Below are positions 16,679 through 26,115 of a DNA stretch of 32,000 nucleotides, one piece after another. Location: positions 630,001 to 662,000 of the forward strand of contig JASBSB010000006.1 in assembly GCA_030149205.1 (NCBI GenBank). The letters are read 5' to 3'. Numbering within the stretch: the first letter of the stretch is position 1; every line of letters starts with the position of its first letter. Source of the stretch: Candidatus Heimdallarchaeota archaeon (lineage in GTDB: Archaea > Asgardarchaeota > Heimdallarchaeia > Heimdallarchaeales > Kariarchaeaceae). The notes below the pieces were generated by a model. It was not told the DNA's origin. It saw only the letters and a list, made by a program, of their open reading frames with translations, and did no database searches. The position numbers and the translations under genes are program-made.

Positions 16679-18433
16679 ATGTTATTAGGAACAACATTTG
16701 GATTGTTGTTTGCAATAATAACTGGCATCACTTTTGTCGTGTCAGCCTATACAAATTGGTCGCTAACGGTTGGAGCCGTGGTTATAAGTCCAGCAATAAT
16801 AGGTCTTGTATTAGCAGCTCTTTTTTTAACCATCCAATTCTTGGTTTCACCATGGATAATGGATCTTCAGTTGTCTTGGCTCTATAAAATTCATTGGGGT
16901 AACTTAGAAGTTCTACCTCCTGAAATGGCTGAAGCACTCCAGGGTGCAATGAATAAACATGGTTTTACCCTGGCAAAGATTGGAATAATTGAGGATGAGA
17001 CCCCTAATGCTTTTACCTATGGAAGATTTACAAAAAACGCAAGAATGGTTTTTACAAGAGGAATAATCACTCTTTTAGACCCTGAAGAGCGTGTTGCAGT
17101 TCTTGAACATGAGGTAGGCCATATAGTCAACAAAGATTTCATCTTTATGACATTGGCCCAAGCAATTCCACTCTTGTTGTATATGACTTATATTACCTCA
17201 AGGGAGGCAGGAGCACAGATGGCAAGAACATCGGATAATAACACCGCAAAGGGAATTGGTGCTGCATTTATAGGTGTCGCTGTGTTAAGTTTTATTTTTT
17301 ACTGGTTGTCTGAATATTTTGTTTACCTCTTATCTCGAACAAGAGAATACCTTGCAGATCATTTCAGTGTTTTTAACACGAACAATCCGAATGCACTCTC
17401 CTCTGCTCTCGTGAAAGTTGCATATGGATTGGTTCTTGCTGATGCAAATATCAAAAGAAGATTGAATGAAACTAAAGGTGATTCAAAGGAAAATAAAAAA
17501 GAAATCACACAGATGAAACGTAAACAAAACTTTTGGAAGGGAATGAAGGCCATGGGATTGGCTGATTCTAATACTGCAAGTAGCCTCGTAATGCAGGCAT
17601 ATGCTCGTTCACCAGAAGTTTCAGCCGATGCTGTTGCTGCTGCAGCTACCTGGGATTTAAGTACACCTTGGGCAAAGGTTGTGGAATTAACTAGCACACA
17701 TCCATTGACCGGAAAGAGGCTTGTAAATATTGATTCACTTGCAATTGAGCTTAATCTCCCTCAAAAATATCCTGCCTTAGGGTCTGTAAAACCAGAAGAA
17801 TCTTTGTGGGATGATTTTCTAATTGATATCTTTGTAATGTTTGCATCCTCGATTCTCTCATTAATTTTACTAGCAGGGATAGGAGCATTATCAACATTCT
17901 TCACCATTGGAAACCCATTCATTGGAGCAGGCGTGGGTGTGATTATTTTTACATTCCTGTACTATTGGAAGACGAACCTAACCTACCCTAACCTGAAAAA
18001 TTGGGATAACCCTTCTGTCTCCAAGAACACTGTCTTTGAGGCTGTTAGTTCAGTAGAAAGAGATGGATACATAAAAGCGTCACCAGTGAGATCTAAACCA
18101 ATTGTCCTTGAAGGAGTAATTATTGGAAAAGGAAATCCTGGGTATATGTTTTCTGAGGATTTTGTTATCCGTGATGAATCTGGCATTATGAAACTTGACA
18201 TACGATCGATTTTAGGAGGACTTGGTAATTTTATCAGCTCATTCAAAGTTGGATCATACATCGAGCAGAAAGCCAGAGTAGTAGGATGGTACCAGAGATC
18301 CATGATGCCTTATGTTATAGTCAACAAAGTCTACCTAGAGGATGGAAGAGTTGTTAAAATAAGACAAAGAGGATTACATCAATTCTATGTAGGATTATTA
18401 CTCGCAATTGGCTTAGTTTTATTAGTATTATAA
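16679..18433 (+). CDS. htpX: M48 zinc metalloprotease, HtpX-like, with long C-terminal extension
   Basis: PNAFTYG, VLEHEVGH (HExxH), SRTREYLADH, STHPLTGKR; extra ~230 aa with TM helices and a beta-rich domain. Confidence 0.9.
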   Translation: MLLGTTFGLLFAIITGITFVVSAYTNWSLTVGAVVISPAIIGLVLAALFLTIQFLVSPWIMDLQLSWLYKIHWGNLEVLPPEMAEALQGAMNKHGFTLAKIGIIEDETPNAFTYGRFTKNARMVFTRGIITLLDPEERVAVLEHEVGHIVNKDFIFMTLAQAIPLLLYMTYITSREAGAQMARTSDNNTAKGIGAAFIGVAVLSFIFYWLSEYFVYLLSRTREYLADHFSVFNTNNPNALSSALVKVAYGLVLADANIKRRLNETKGDSKENKKEITQMKRKQNFWKGMKAMGLADSNTASSLVMQAYARSPEVSADAVAAAATWDLSTPWAKVVELTSTHPLTGKRLVNIDSLAIELNLPQKYPALGSVKPEESLWDDFLIDIFVMFASSILSLILLAGIGALSTFFTIGNPFIGAGVGVIIFTFLYYWKTNLTYPNLKNWDNPSVSKNTVFEAVSSVERDGYIKASPVRSKPIVLEGVIIGKGNPGYMFSEDFVIRDESGIMKLDIRSILGGLGNFISSFKVGSYIEQKARVVGWYQRSMMPYVIVNKVYLEDGRVVKIRQRGLHQFYVGLLLAIGLVLLVL

Positions 18434-18507
18434 ATTTGTTTACAATAAAATTATTCAAAAAAAAATGGTTCAATTATTAAGGAAAAAGGGAAAAAACATC
18501 ATTCGGA

Positions 18508-19077
18508 TTAGTTTTTAACTAATCTTCCCTGTAAATAGAAATCGACATAAGAACCAATTTCAATAGAGGGAAGTGTTTCATCTGGAATAATATTTTTTAG
18601 TATAACAGAATACAGTATTGAACCAAGGAGAGATAAAATTGTTCGAAATGGTAACTCTTTCTTTAAAACACCAGTATTTTGGTACTTCGATATTATCTTT
18701 GAAAAGTGAGTGAAATATGTTAGTGGTTCCTGTAATAATTCTTTTAAATTTGGATTATGAGAGATTTCTAAAAAAATATGAAAGAAAAAATATCCAAATT
18801 TAATAGCAGATTTCTGATAAACCAAAACTATGTTTGTCAGATCCTTCTTGACATCTCCAGAGTAATCTGGTAATTTACTAAAATGAGAATTTTTCACTGC
18901 ATAAGAAATTGATTGTTTGACTAATTGGGTCTTGCTCCCAAATCTGCGAAACAGAGTGACTTCACTGATATTTGCAGATTTTGCAATTTTTTTAGTGGTT
19001 GCACCCTGATACCCACTTAATCCTATCAATTTGATAACAGAGTTAAAAACTGCTTCATCCTTAACTATTTTTGGCAC
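18508..19077 (-). CDS. TetR/AcrR family transcriptional regulator
   Basis: GYQGATTKKIAKSANISEVTLFRRFGSKTQL helix-turn-helix signature; GTG start. Confidence 0.93.
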   Translation of the reverse strand: MPKIVKDEAVFNSVIKLIGLSGYQGATTKKIAKSANISEVTLFRRFGSKTQLVKQSISYAVKNSHFSKLPDYSGDVKKDLTNIVLVYQKSAIKFGYFFFHIFLEISHNPNLKELLQEPLTYFTHFSKIISKYQNTGVLKKELPFRTILSLLGSILYSVILKNIIPDETLPSIEIGSYVDFYLQGRLVKN

Positions 19078-19118
19078 TACCTAAACAATTGAGCGATCAT
19101 TGATATAGGTTTTTGTTA

Positions 19119-19138
19119 ATGCAAGTACATGCTAACAA
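19119..19138. promoter_or_regulatory. Degenerate second TetR-type operator
   Basis: ATGCAAGTA-CA-TGCTAACAA resembles the perfect site at 19157; both are preceded by GTTA. Confidence 0.6.
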
Positions 19139-19156
19139 AAGATTTTTATTTAGTTA

Positions 19157-19176
19157 ATGTAAGTAAGTACTTACAT
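19157..19176. promoter_or_regulatory. Perfect palindromic operator, probable TetR site
   Basis: ATGTAAGTA-AG-TACTTACAT, a 9-bp perfect inverted repeat with 2-nt spacer, just upstream of the AAGGAGG SD. Confidence 0.8.
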
Positions 19177-19191
19177 AAAGGAGGATATTAA

Positions 19192-19863
19192 TTGGTAAAT
19201 AGTCTAATTTTGCAATCCATCGGATTAGCATTCACAGGGTTGGTTTCATTGGGGTCAATAACAATTGTTCTTCTGCTCATACTCTCTAAGGATGGTTTTT
19301 ACAAGGGTCTCGGGTACACCTTGGGTTATTTTTTAGGATATGTGTTAATTGGAAACATTTTGATCGTTTTAAGTCTGTTTCTTCCTGTAAATTTTACTAA
19401 TCAAGTAAATTCGACTATACCCATATTCTTGTTGGCTCTAGGAACACTTCTTCTATTCTTAGGATTAAGAAATTTGAGAAGAGGGCCAAAGACATCTAAA
19501 GAGAACAAAGGATTTCTTTCTTCCTTAGATGGATTTAATTCTAGAAAGTCTTTCATGTTAGGAGCTGCAATCACTGTGATCAATGTTAAAAACCTTGCAC
19601 TTTATATGACAGCAATGTCTGGGATAATCCTAGTTCAGGTTGATATACTTGACAAAATTTTACTAACATTCCTCATTTCAATCATCTTTTGTATTGGTGT
19701 GTTTTTTCCAGTATTGATCTATCTAATGTTTCCAGAAAGTTCTGAAGTTAAACTTACTAGCTTTAAGGCATATTTAGATACACATAGTCACAAACTATCT
19801 ATTTACCTTCCAATCTTCTTCTCTTTCTTGCTTATATTTAAAGGAGTTACAGATCTACTATGA
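19192..19863 (+). CDS. GAP/Sap-family (LysE-like superfamily) membrane protein
   Basis: About 6 TM segments; LVSLGSITIVLLLILS..G..KGLGYTLGY and AAITVINVKNLALY match the GAP/SfLAP pattern; AAGGAGG SD; TTG start. Confidence 0.7.
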   Translation: MVNSLILQSIGLAFTGLVSLGSITIVLLLILSKDGFYKGLGYTLGYFLGYVLIGNILIVLSLFLPVNFTNQVNSTIPIFLLALGTLLLFLGLRNLRRGPKTSKENKGFLSSLDGFNSRKSFMLGAAITVINVKNLALYMTAMSGIILVQVDILDKILLTFLISIIFCIGVFFPVLIYLMFPESSEVKLTSFKAYLDTHSHKLSIYLPIFFSFLLIFKGVTDLL

Positions 19864-22526
19864 CAACAAAGTTACCATTAGTTTTAGATTTCGACCAAAT
19901 CAGGTCAAAAGATTTACCACTCGTAGGTGGAAAAGGAGCAAATTTGGGAGAAATGACTTACGCGGGATTTCCTGTTCCACCGGGTTTCTGCATAACAACC
20001 CTAGCTTACGATAATTTCATAGCAACCTCTGATCAATCCACTAGGATCTTTGATATTCTTAGTGACCTCTCTGTAGATAATTTAGATAAAATTAGAGAGG
20101 CAGGAAAAGAGGTTCGTGATTTGCTTAATATGGCATCATTTAGAGAAGAATTGCAATCTCCATTGCTAGAAGCCTGGAGGAGGTTAGGTTCTGAGCAAGT
20201 TTATGCCATACGATCAAGTGCAACAGCAGAGGATCTCCCAAATGCATCATTTGCAGGACAACAAGATACGTACCTAAATGTCATTGGTCAAGAACAGTTT
20301 TTGGAGTCAGTTAAAAAATGCTGGATATCTTTATTTACAGATAGAGCAATACTTTATCGAATAAAAAACAATTTTCCCCATGATAAGGTCAAATTAAGTG
20401 TGGTTGTACAAAAGATGATAAAATCCGAAAGATCGGGGATAATGTTCACTGCAAACCCTGTGACGGGGCATCGTCACACAATTCTGATTAATGCTAGCTA
20501 TGGGCTTGGAGAAGCACTTGTGAGTGGTTTGGTTAATCCGGATACTTACGAGTTTGATAAAAGAAAAACTCAGATTGTTGATGTGAAAATTTCCGACAAG
20601 AAGATTGGAATCTACCCCCTTAAAGATGGGGGAACGAAAGAGGTAGAACTATCTGAGGAGTTGCGAAACAAGCAGGTGTTATCTGATGAGGAAATATTAC
20701 AACTGGGATTGCTTGGTGTAAAAATAGAAGAATATTATAAGTCCCCCCAGGACATTGAATGGGCATCTGAATCGCAAAATTTGTACATTGTACAATCTAG
20801 GCCGATCACATCCCTATATCCTATAGATGGGTTAAAATACCCTGAAGGCACTCTGGGGATATTTTTTAGCTTTGGACATCAGCAAAACATGCTCCGAGCC
20901 ATGACCCCAATGAGTTTGTCTTCAATCACCACCTTTCTTCCAGTGGGTCATACTGAAAGCAAATATGAATCAGATTATGTCAGAATTAGTGGAGATAGGG
21001 CATTTTTAGATATAACAACAATGCTTAGACACCGAATTTTAAAGAAGATTGTATTGAGGGTGACTGGGCAAATGGATGCATTAGCCCCAAAATCTATCCA
21101 GATTCTTATGAAAAGACCAGAATTTAAAAAATCTCCTCGAGCAAAAATTCCAATTTCTACAGCCTTTCGAGGAATAAAACTTATCTTAAGAGTGGTCAAC
21201 GATATTTTCAGGAAAAACCTCTCAGGGTTTGTTGATAAAACCAATAGGGATATAGACATATTCCTCGATGAAGTTAGAGAAGAGATGAAAGGCTTACAGC
21301 CAGATATTAACCTTCTAAATTTGTGTGAGCAATATTTACAGAAAACACCCTCTTTCATGTTGAATTTTGTTCCTGAAGCATTTGCTGGGATTGCGTCAAC
21401 TAAGATCCTTGAGGGATATAGCAGGAAATGGTTAGATGACGCTACAGCAGGAAATATCAGTCTTGGGATAAGGGGTAATGTGGTTAATGAAATGAATTAT
21501 GCAATTGGAGATCTTGCTGATTTGCTTCGTGAATCACCCGAACTTTCGCGTTCAATTGAGACCCTCAATAATGACCCTTTTGATTGGTTAAATTCATTAG
21601 AATCCATCCAAGGAGGTCATGAGTTTCTAAATGCATGGCAAGAATTTATAGAAAGCTATGGTGCTCGTGGCCCTTCTGAACTAGATATATATAAGCCTAG
21701 ATGGTGGGAAGATCCTCTTCCAGTATTGAATGTGATTCGAGAATATATGAAAAAAGAGAAGGGAAGCCACAGAAAACAGGAAGCAGAATTTATTCAATTA
21801 CGAGAACAGGCATTTGATGAATTACTACTAAAAGCATCTAAGGGAATTCGAGGGAGATTTCGAAGAAGAAGGTATAGAAGACTCTATTTTGTAATGACTG
21901 AGGTTGGAGGAATGAGGGAACACCATAAATTTATGATGATCCGTTTAATTTCGTTAGTGAAAAAATCACTTCTTCGAATTGGAAATAGCCTTGTAGAATC
22001 AGGAAAATTAAAGGAAATCGACGATCTTTGGTTTTTAAAATGGGGAGAATTGGTTCAGGTACTTGAAGGTTCAACTATTGATCGAAATGAAGAAATTAAG
22101 CAGAGAAAAATAGATTACAACAGGTATCAAAGCTTGATTCCACCAGCTATCATTAGTAGTGACGGAGAATCACCAGAAGTTAACTATGAAATTGCAGATG
22201 CCCCTGAAGGTGCATTACTTGGAAATCCTGTTTCTGGAGGAGTAATTGAAGGGATAGCTCACGTCATTAGAGATCCAACAACAGAATCACTGAAAATGGA
22301 TGAGGTTTTGGTTGCTGAATTCACCGACCCGGGTTGGACTCCATTATTTATCAATGCAAAAGGTTTGATACTTGAAATTGGTGGTGCTTTAACCCACGGT
22401 GCCGTAGTTGCAAGGGAGTATGGCATACCTGCTGTAGTAGGTGTAAAGAATGCAACGTCCCTCATTAAAACAGGACAAAAGGTTCGAGTGGATGGAAATA
22501 CAGGAATAGTTGAAATTTTGGAATAA
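19860..22526 (+). CDS. Rifampicin-phosphotransferase-like (Rph/PigC architecture) ATP-dependent dikinase
   Basis: N-terminal ATP-grasp (VGGKGANLGEM, IRSSATAEDLPNASFAGQQDTYLNV, QDIEWA, VQSRPIT); central domain with GHQQ, YGARGPSELDI and REHHKF; C-terminal phospho-His swivel (GGALTHGAVVAREYGIPAVVG); no C-terminal PEP-binding barrel. ATGA overlap with the upstream gene. Confidence 0.88.
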   Translation: MTTKLPLVLDFDQIRSKDLPLVGGKGANLGEMTYAGFPVPPGFCITTLAYDNFIATSDQSTRIFDILSDLSVDNLDKIREAGKEVRDLLNMASFREELQSPLLEAWRRLGSEQVYAIRSSATAEDLPNASFAGQQDTYLNVIGQEQFLESVKKCWISLFTDRAILYRIKNNFPHDKVKLSVVVQKMIKSERSGIMFTANPVTGHRHTILINASYGLGEALVSGLVNPDTYEFDKRKTQIVDVKISDKKIGIYPLKDGGTKEVELSEELRNKQVLSDEEILQLGLLGVKIEEYYKSPQDIEWASESQNLYIVQSRPITSLYPIDGLKYPEGTLGIFFSFGHQQNMLRAMTPMSLSSITTFLPVGHTESKYESDYVRISGDRAFLDITTMLRHRILKKIVLRVTGQMDALAPKSIQILMKRPEFKKSPRAKIPISTAFRGIKLILRVVNDIFRKNLSGFVDKTNRDIDIFLDEVREEMKGLQPDINLLNLCEQYLQKTPSFMLNFVPEAFAGIASTKILEGYSRKWLDDATAGNISLGIRGNVVNEMNYAIGDLADLLRESPELSRSIETLNNDPFDWLNSLESIQGGHEFLNAWQEFIESYGARGPSELDIYKPRWWEDPLPVLNVIREYMKKEKGSHRKQEAEFIQLREQAFDELLLKASKGIRGRFRRRRYRRLYFVMTEVGGMREHHKFMMIRLISLVKKSLLRIGNSLVESGKLKEIDDLWFLKWGELVQVLEGSTIDRNEEIKQRKIDYNRYQSLIPPAIISSDGESPEVNYEIADAPEGALLGNPVSGGVIEGIAHVIRDPTTESLKMDEVLVAEFTDPGWTPLFINAKGLILEIGGALTHGAVVAREYGIPAVVGVKNATSLIKTGQKVRVDGNTGIVEILE

Positions 22527-22667
22527 GGGGTTAACACTTGCTGTTTGCATTAGGGACATATTCAAAAATAAAATTACATTGTGGTTAGGTCCGAATTCAA
22601 ACAAAACAGGTGCAAATTCACAGTTTATTCCAAATAGACATTTAATCATTTTGCCTGAGTTGAACTT

Positions 22668-24926
22668 ATGGGCAAGTTTGTGGATTTTCTAATGAACCTC
22701 AGCCAAAAATGGATTTTCTGGAAAATACAGGTCAAAGTTCAATACTGGTTGAATACTCCACTTAAAATCAGATGGTGGGAGGAACTTAAACTCAAAGGTC
22801 CTATTAAAATAAATTCAAATGAGACTATAGAATTTAGAGATGGAACAGTTTTATCTACAGTCTACAAACAGGATGTACTAAAATTACAATTGTCAAAGAC
22901 AGAAAATCCACCTTTGTTAGTCTATTCATTTTTGGAAACGTTAAATCTCGCTGAAATCAAACACAATTCTGTTTCACAAATATTTAAGGAGGAAAGAAAG
23001 GGTAGAGACTTAAAATTTGAAATACAACAGACAGAGGAACAAATTCTTCTAGTAAACAGATATCAATCAATAAACTTGAGAATAGAAAAAACCAATAGAT
23101 ACACCAAGCTGATCTTTTCATTTGATTTCAATAGGGTATTTGGTTTAGGAGACAAAATACAAGATTTAAAAAGAAAGGGGGAATTTACCTTTTGGAACCT
23201 TGATAATCCACACTATAATGACATGACAGATAACCTTTACCAAAGCCACCCTAATGCTATTATTCAATCACCTGAGACATGGATAAATCTCATTGTTGAT
23301 TACCCTGGCTATCAAAAGTGGACAATTAACTCTGACAGTATTCAAATTATCATTCAATCAAGAGATTTCACAGTCTATCTTTCAGCTGCTCTGGAACTGA
23401 AATCCCTGTACCAAAAAATGACAACTATTGTTGGAACATTTGATTTACCACCAGTATGGGCAATAGGTTATCAACAGTCCCGCTGGAGCTATCCAGATCA
23501 TAACAGTATTGTCGAACTTGATAAAAAATTTGAAGAACACAATATTCCTTGTGATGTATTTTATCTCGATATTGATTATATGGATAGTTATAAATGCTTT
23601 ACCATAAACAGAGACAATTTTCCGGACTTAAGAAACCTGTCCCTAAAAATAGAACCGAGAAAGATTGTGACGATAATTGATCCTGGAATTAAGAAAGAAG
23701 AGGGGTATGAGATATATGAAACAGGTGTTTCAAAGGGATACTTCCTCAGACAAAAGAAGGATGGATACTATTCTGGGGTGGTATGGCCTGGAATTTGTAA
23801 CTTTCCAGATTTTTTGGACGATGGATTACTTGATTGGTGGTTTAATAATAATTTAATTTTACTTAATCAAGGAGTAGCAGGAATTTGGAACGATATGAAT
23901 GAACCATCCATATTCTCAATGAGAAGAACTTTCCCTAGCGATGTATCTCATACAGTGAAAAACATCTCCCACCAAAAGGTTCACAACATCTATGGATTGA
24001 TGATGTCGAGGGCAACCAACCTTGCTATAAGGAAAGCAAGTAAGAATCGTCCATTTGTGCTTACTCGATCATCATACCTTGGAGGGCAGAATTTTGCATG
24101 GATGTGGACTGGGGACAACTCTTCATCATGGGATCACCTGAGATGGAGTGTCAAACAAATCATCTCAATGAATTTAACTGGTTACGTGTTATGTGGGGCA
24201 GATGTTGGTGGGTTTTCAGGAAATTGTAATTCAAAGCTTCTTCAAAGATGGACACAGCTTGGTGTTTTCTACCCGTTCTTTAGAAATCATTCAGCTCTTG
24301 GAACAATTGCACAAGAACCTTGGAAGTTTGATAATACAACCCTCCAAATAACTAAAAAAGCAATAGAACTAAGATATGAACTGGCTTTTTACATTTACAC
24401 CTGTTTTTATCTGGCTCAACTAGGAGTTGAACCTATCATTCAGCCATTATTTATGCAGTATTCGACCACAGAATGTTTTGACCCTGAATTTTGTGAAACA
24501 CAGTTTTTCTTCGGTTCTAACCTGTTAATTACTCCATTATTGAGTGATGAAAACAATAGAAGGGTGTACTTACCTCCAGGAATGTGGTATGATTATTATA
24601 CTGGACAAAAACTTGAAGGTGGACAAATTATGGATATAACTGTTCAGGATGATCAAATTCCAATTTATATAAGGGAAAACACTGTATTACCTATTTCAAC
24701 TAATATTGGAAGAACCATGGAAGAGACATTGAAAAATGATTTTACAATTAGATTGTTTGGTAACAATCCTAAAGGAATGATATATTTTGATGGACTGAAT
24801 CATCAAAACCTTTCTGAGTATTGCCTTGTTCAGTTTAAGAACCTCGAGTTTGAATTACTGAACTTTGGATTCACATTAAACAAAACTGGAGAAAATAGTT
24901 TCAAATTTGAAAAATCCAAAAATTGA
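22668..24926 (+). CDS. Glycoside hydrolase family 31 alpha-glucosidase
   Basis: PPVWAIGYQQSRWSY, YLDIDYMD, nucleophile WNDMNEP, acid/base WTGDN, GADVGGF, FYPFFRNH. Confidence 0.95.
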   Translation: MGKFVDFLMNLSQKWIFWKIQVKVQYWLNTPLKIRWWEELKLKGPIKINSNETIEFRDGTVLSTVYKQDVLKLQLSKTENPPLLVYSFLETLNLAEIKHNSVSQIFKEERKGRDLKFEIQQTEEQILLVNRYQSINLRIEKTNRYTKLIFSFDFNRVFGLGDKIQDLKRKGEFTFWNLDNPHYNDMTDNLYQSHPNAIIQSPETWINLIVDYPGYQKWTINSDSIQIIIQSRDFTVYLSAALELKSLYQKMTTIVGTFDLPPVWAIGYQQSRWSYPDHNSIVELDKKFEEHNIPCDVFYLDIDYMDSYKCFTINRDNFPDLRNLSLKIEPRKIVTIIDPGIKKEEGYEIYETGVSKGYFLRQKKDGYYSGVVWPGICNFPDFLDDGLLDWWFNNNLILLNQGVAGIWNDMNEPSIFSMRRTFPSDVSHTVKNISHQKVHNIYGLMMSRATNLAIRKASKNRPFVLTRSSYLGGQNFAWMWTGDNSSSWDHLRWSVKQIISMNLTGYVLCGADVGGFSGNCNSKLLQRWTQLGVFYPFFRNHSALGTIAQEPWKFDNTTLQITKKAIELRYELAFYIYTCFYLAQLGVEPIIQPLFMQYSTTECFDPEFCETQFFFGSNLLITPLLSDENNRRVYLPPGMWYDYYTGQKLEGGQIMDITVQDDQIPIYIRENTVLPISTNIGRTMEETLKNDFTIRLFGNNPKGMIYFDGLNHQNLSEYCLVQFKNLEFELLNFGFTLNKTGENSFKFEKSKN

Positions 24927-25356
24927 CTCACTGATACACAGAAAACAACAAAGGTATTATTTCATAAAATTAGTTTTCAATCGGTTTAAGATGAAATACA
25001 GGAATTGAAGAAATTGAATGAAACAAAGAACAATATTTCAATGGATTAAACTTAATTAACTCTGGTATGTTAAATACACCATCTGGGAAACAAGAATATG
25101 CATAAGATTTTAAGAAAAGATTCAGTCATTTTTTATAATTTTTTAAAACTTATTTAAATTGAAGAAATAACATATCACCTAAGGGCTATCAATTTTGGTC
25201 AATCTGACCATTTAAAATAGACAGTTGCTATACTTAATAATTTTTAGTTAATTTTATTATATTTCCTATAAATTAAGAAATTAAGGAAATTAAATTTAGT
25301 CCACAATTTAATATAAATAGAAATGTTATATAAGTATCATAGCCTTAAGTAGTATA

Positions 25357-26082
25357 ATGAAAAGCCTTAAACTTAACAATTTTAAACATCTAGAAGCCGA
25401 ATATATCTCTTTGATTGTTAAAGCTGTTTCAATTCTATTTCTCATTACACAATTTTATATTATTTATGCCAATCGATCCATAATAAATGCTAAATCAGTC
25501 GGATGGTCGTTATTTAAACCAAATTTTGTAATTTCACTTTGGAGTTCGATTTTATATTTTGGGGTGATGGTATTTTATCTCGCCATATACACTTACACAC
25601 TTAAGGAAATTTCCAATCGAATAAAATCAGATATACTTAAAGGATACATGTTGTTCAATTTGGTATTCATGTTTCCCCTTCTCTCACTCACATTAGCAAT
25701 AGCTAATCAATCAAATATAGGTACTACTCTCTCTGGAGTATTGTTTGTGATGGTTTTGGGATTAGGAGTATTGGGTATGATTTTCTCACTTGCTATGGTA
25801 GCATCTTCGACTATTACAAAAAATAGCCCTAATTTGTCAAAATATTTCATATTCTCTCCTCTCCTGACCGGACCAGTCTATATTATTCTATCAATAATCC
25901 TTGTAATTCTACTTGATACTAATGTTTTCCTTGGGTTTGGGTTGATTATCCTAATAAACTACCTTCTCATCAGAAAATTAATGAAATTTCCAAAAGCTTT
26001 CGACGATCTATTGATTGATCTTGAGATTCAGCTTGTTAATAGGATCGAAAGTCAAGACCTTTATCCAACTGCAAATTTCTAA
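25357..26082 (+). CDS. Hypothetical integral membrane protein (~6 TM)
   Basis: 241 aa with about six hydrophobic stretches; no recognised motif. Confidence 0.75.
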   Translation: MKSLKLNNFKHLEAEYISLIVKAVSILFLITQFYIIYANRSIINAKSVGWSLFKPNFVISLWSSILYFGVMVFYLAIYTYTLKEISNRIKSDILKGYMLFNLVFMFPLLSLTLAIANQSNIGTTLSGVLFVMVLGLGVLGMIFSLAMVASSTITKNSPNLSKYFIFSPLLTGPVYIILSIILVILLDTNVFLGFGLIILINYLLIRKLMKFPKAFDDLLIDLEIQLVNRIESQDLYPTANF

Positions 26083-26115
26083 GAATTCAATAAAATCAAG
26101 ATCAATTAATAAATA

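Noticed and set aside
19860-22526. Annotation as canonical PEP synthase (ppsA)
   Set aside because: The phospho-His domain is C-terminal and the PEP/pyruvate-binding barrel is absent.
24927-25356. 430-bp intergenic gap as a hidden gene or ncRNA
   Set aside because: Very AT-rich; only tiny ORFs (e.g. MLFLQFK) and one 4-bp hairpin; nothing supportable.
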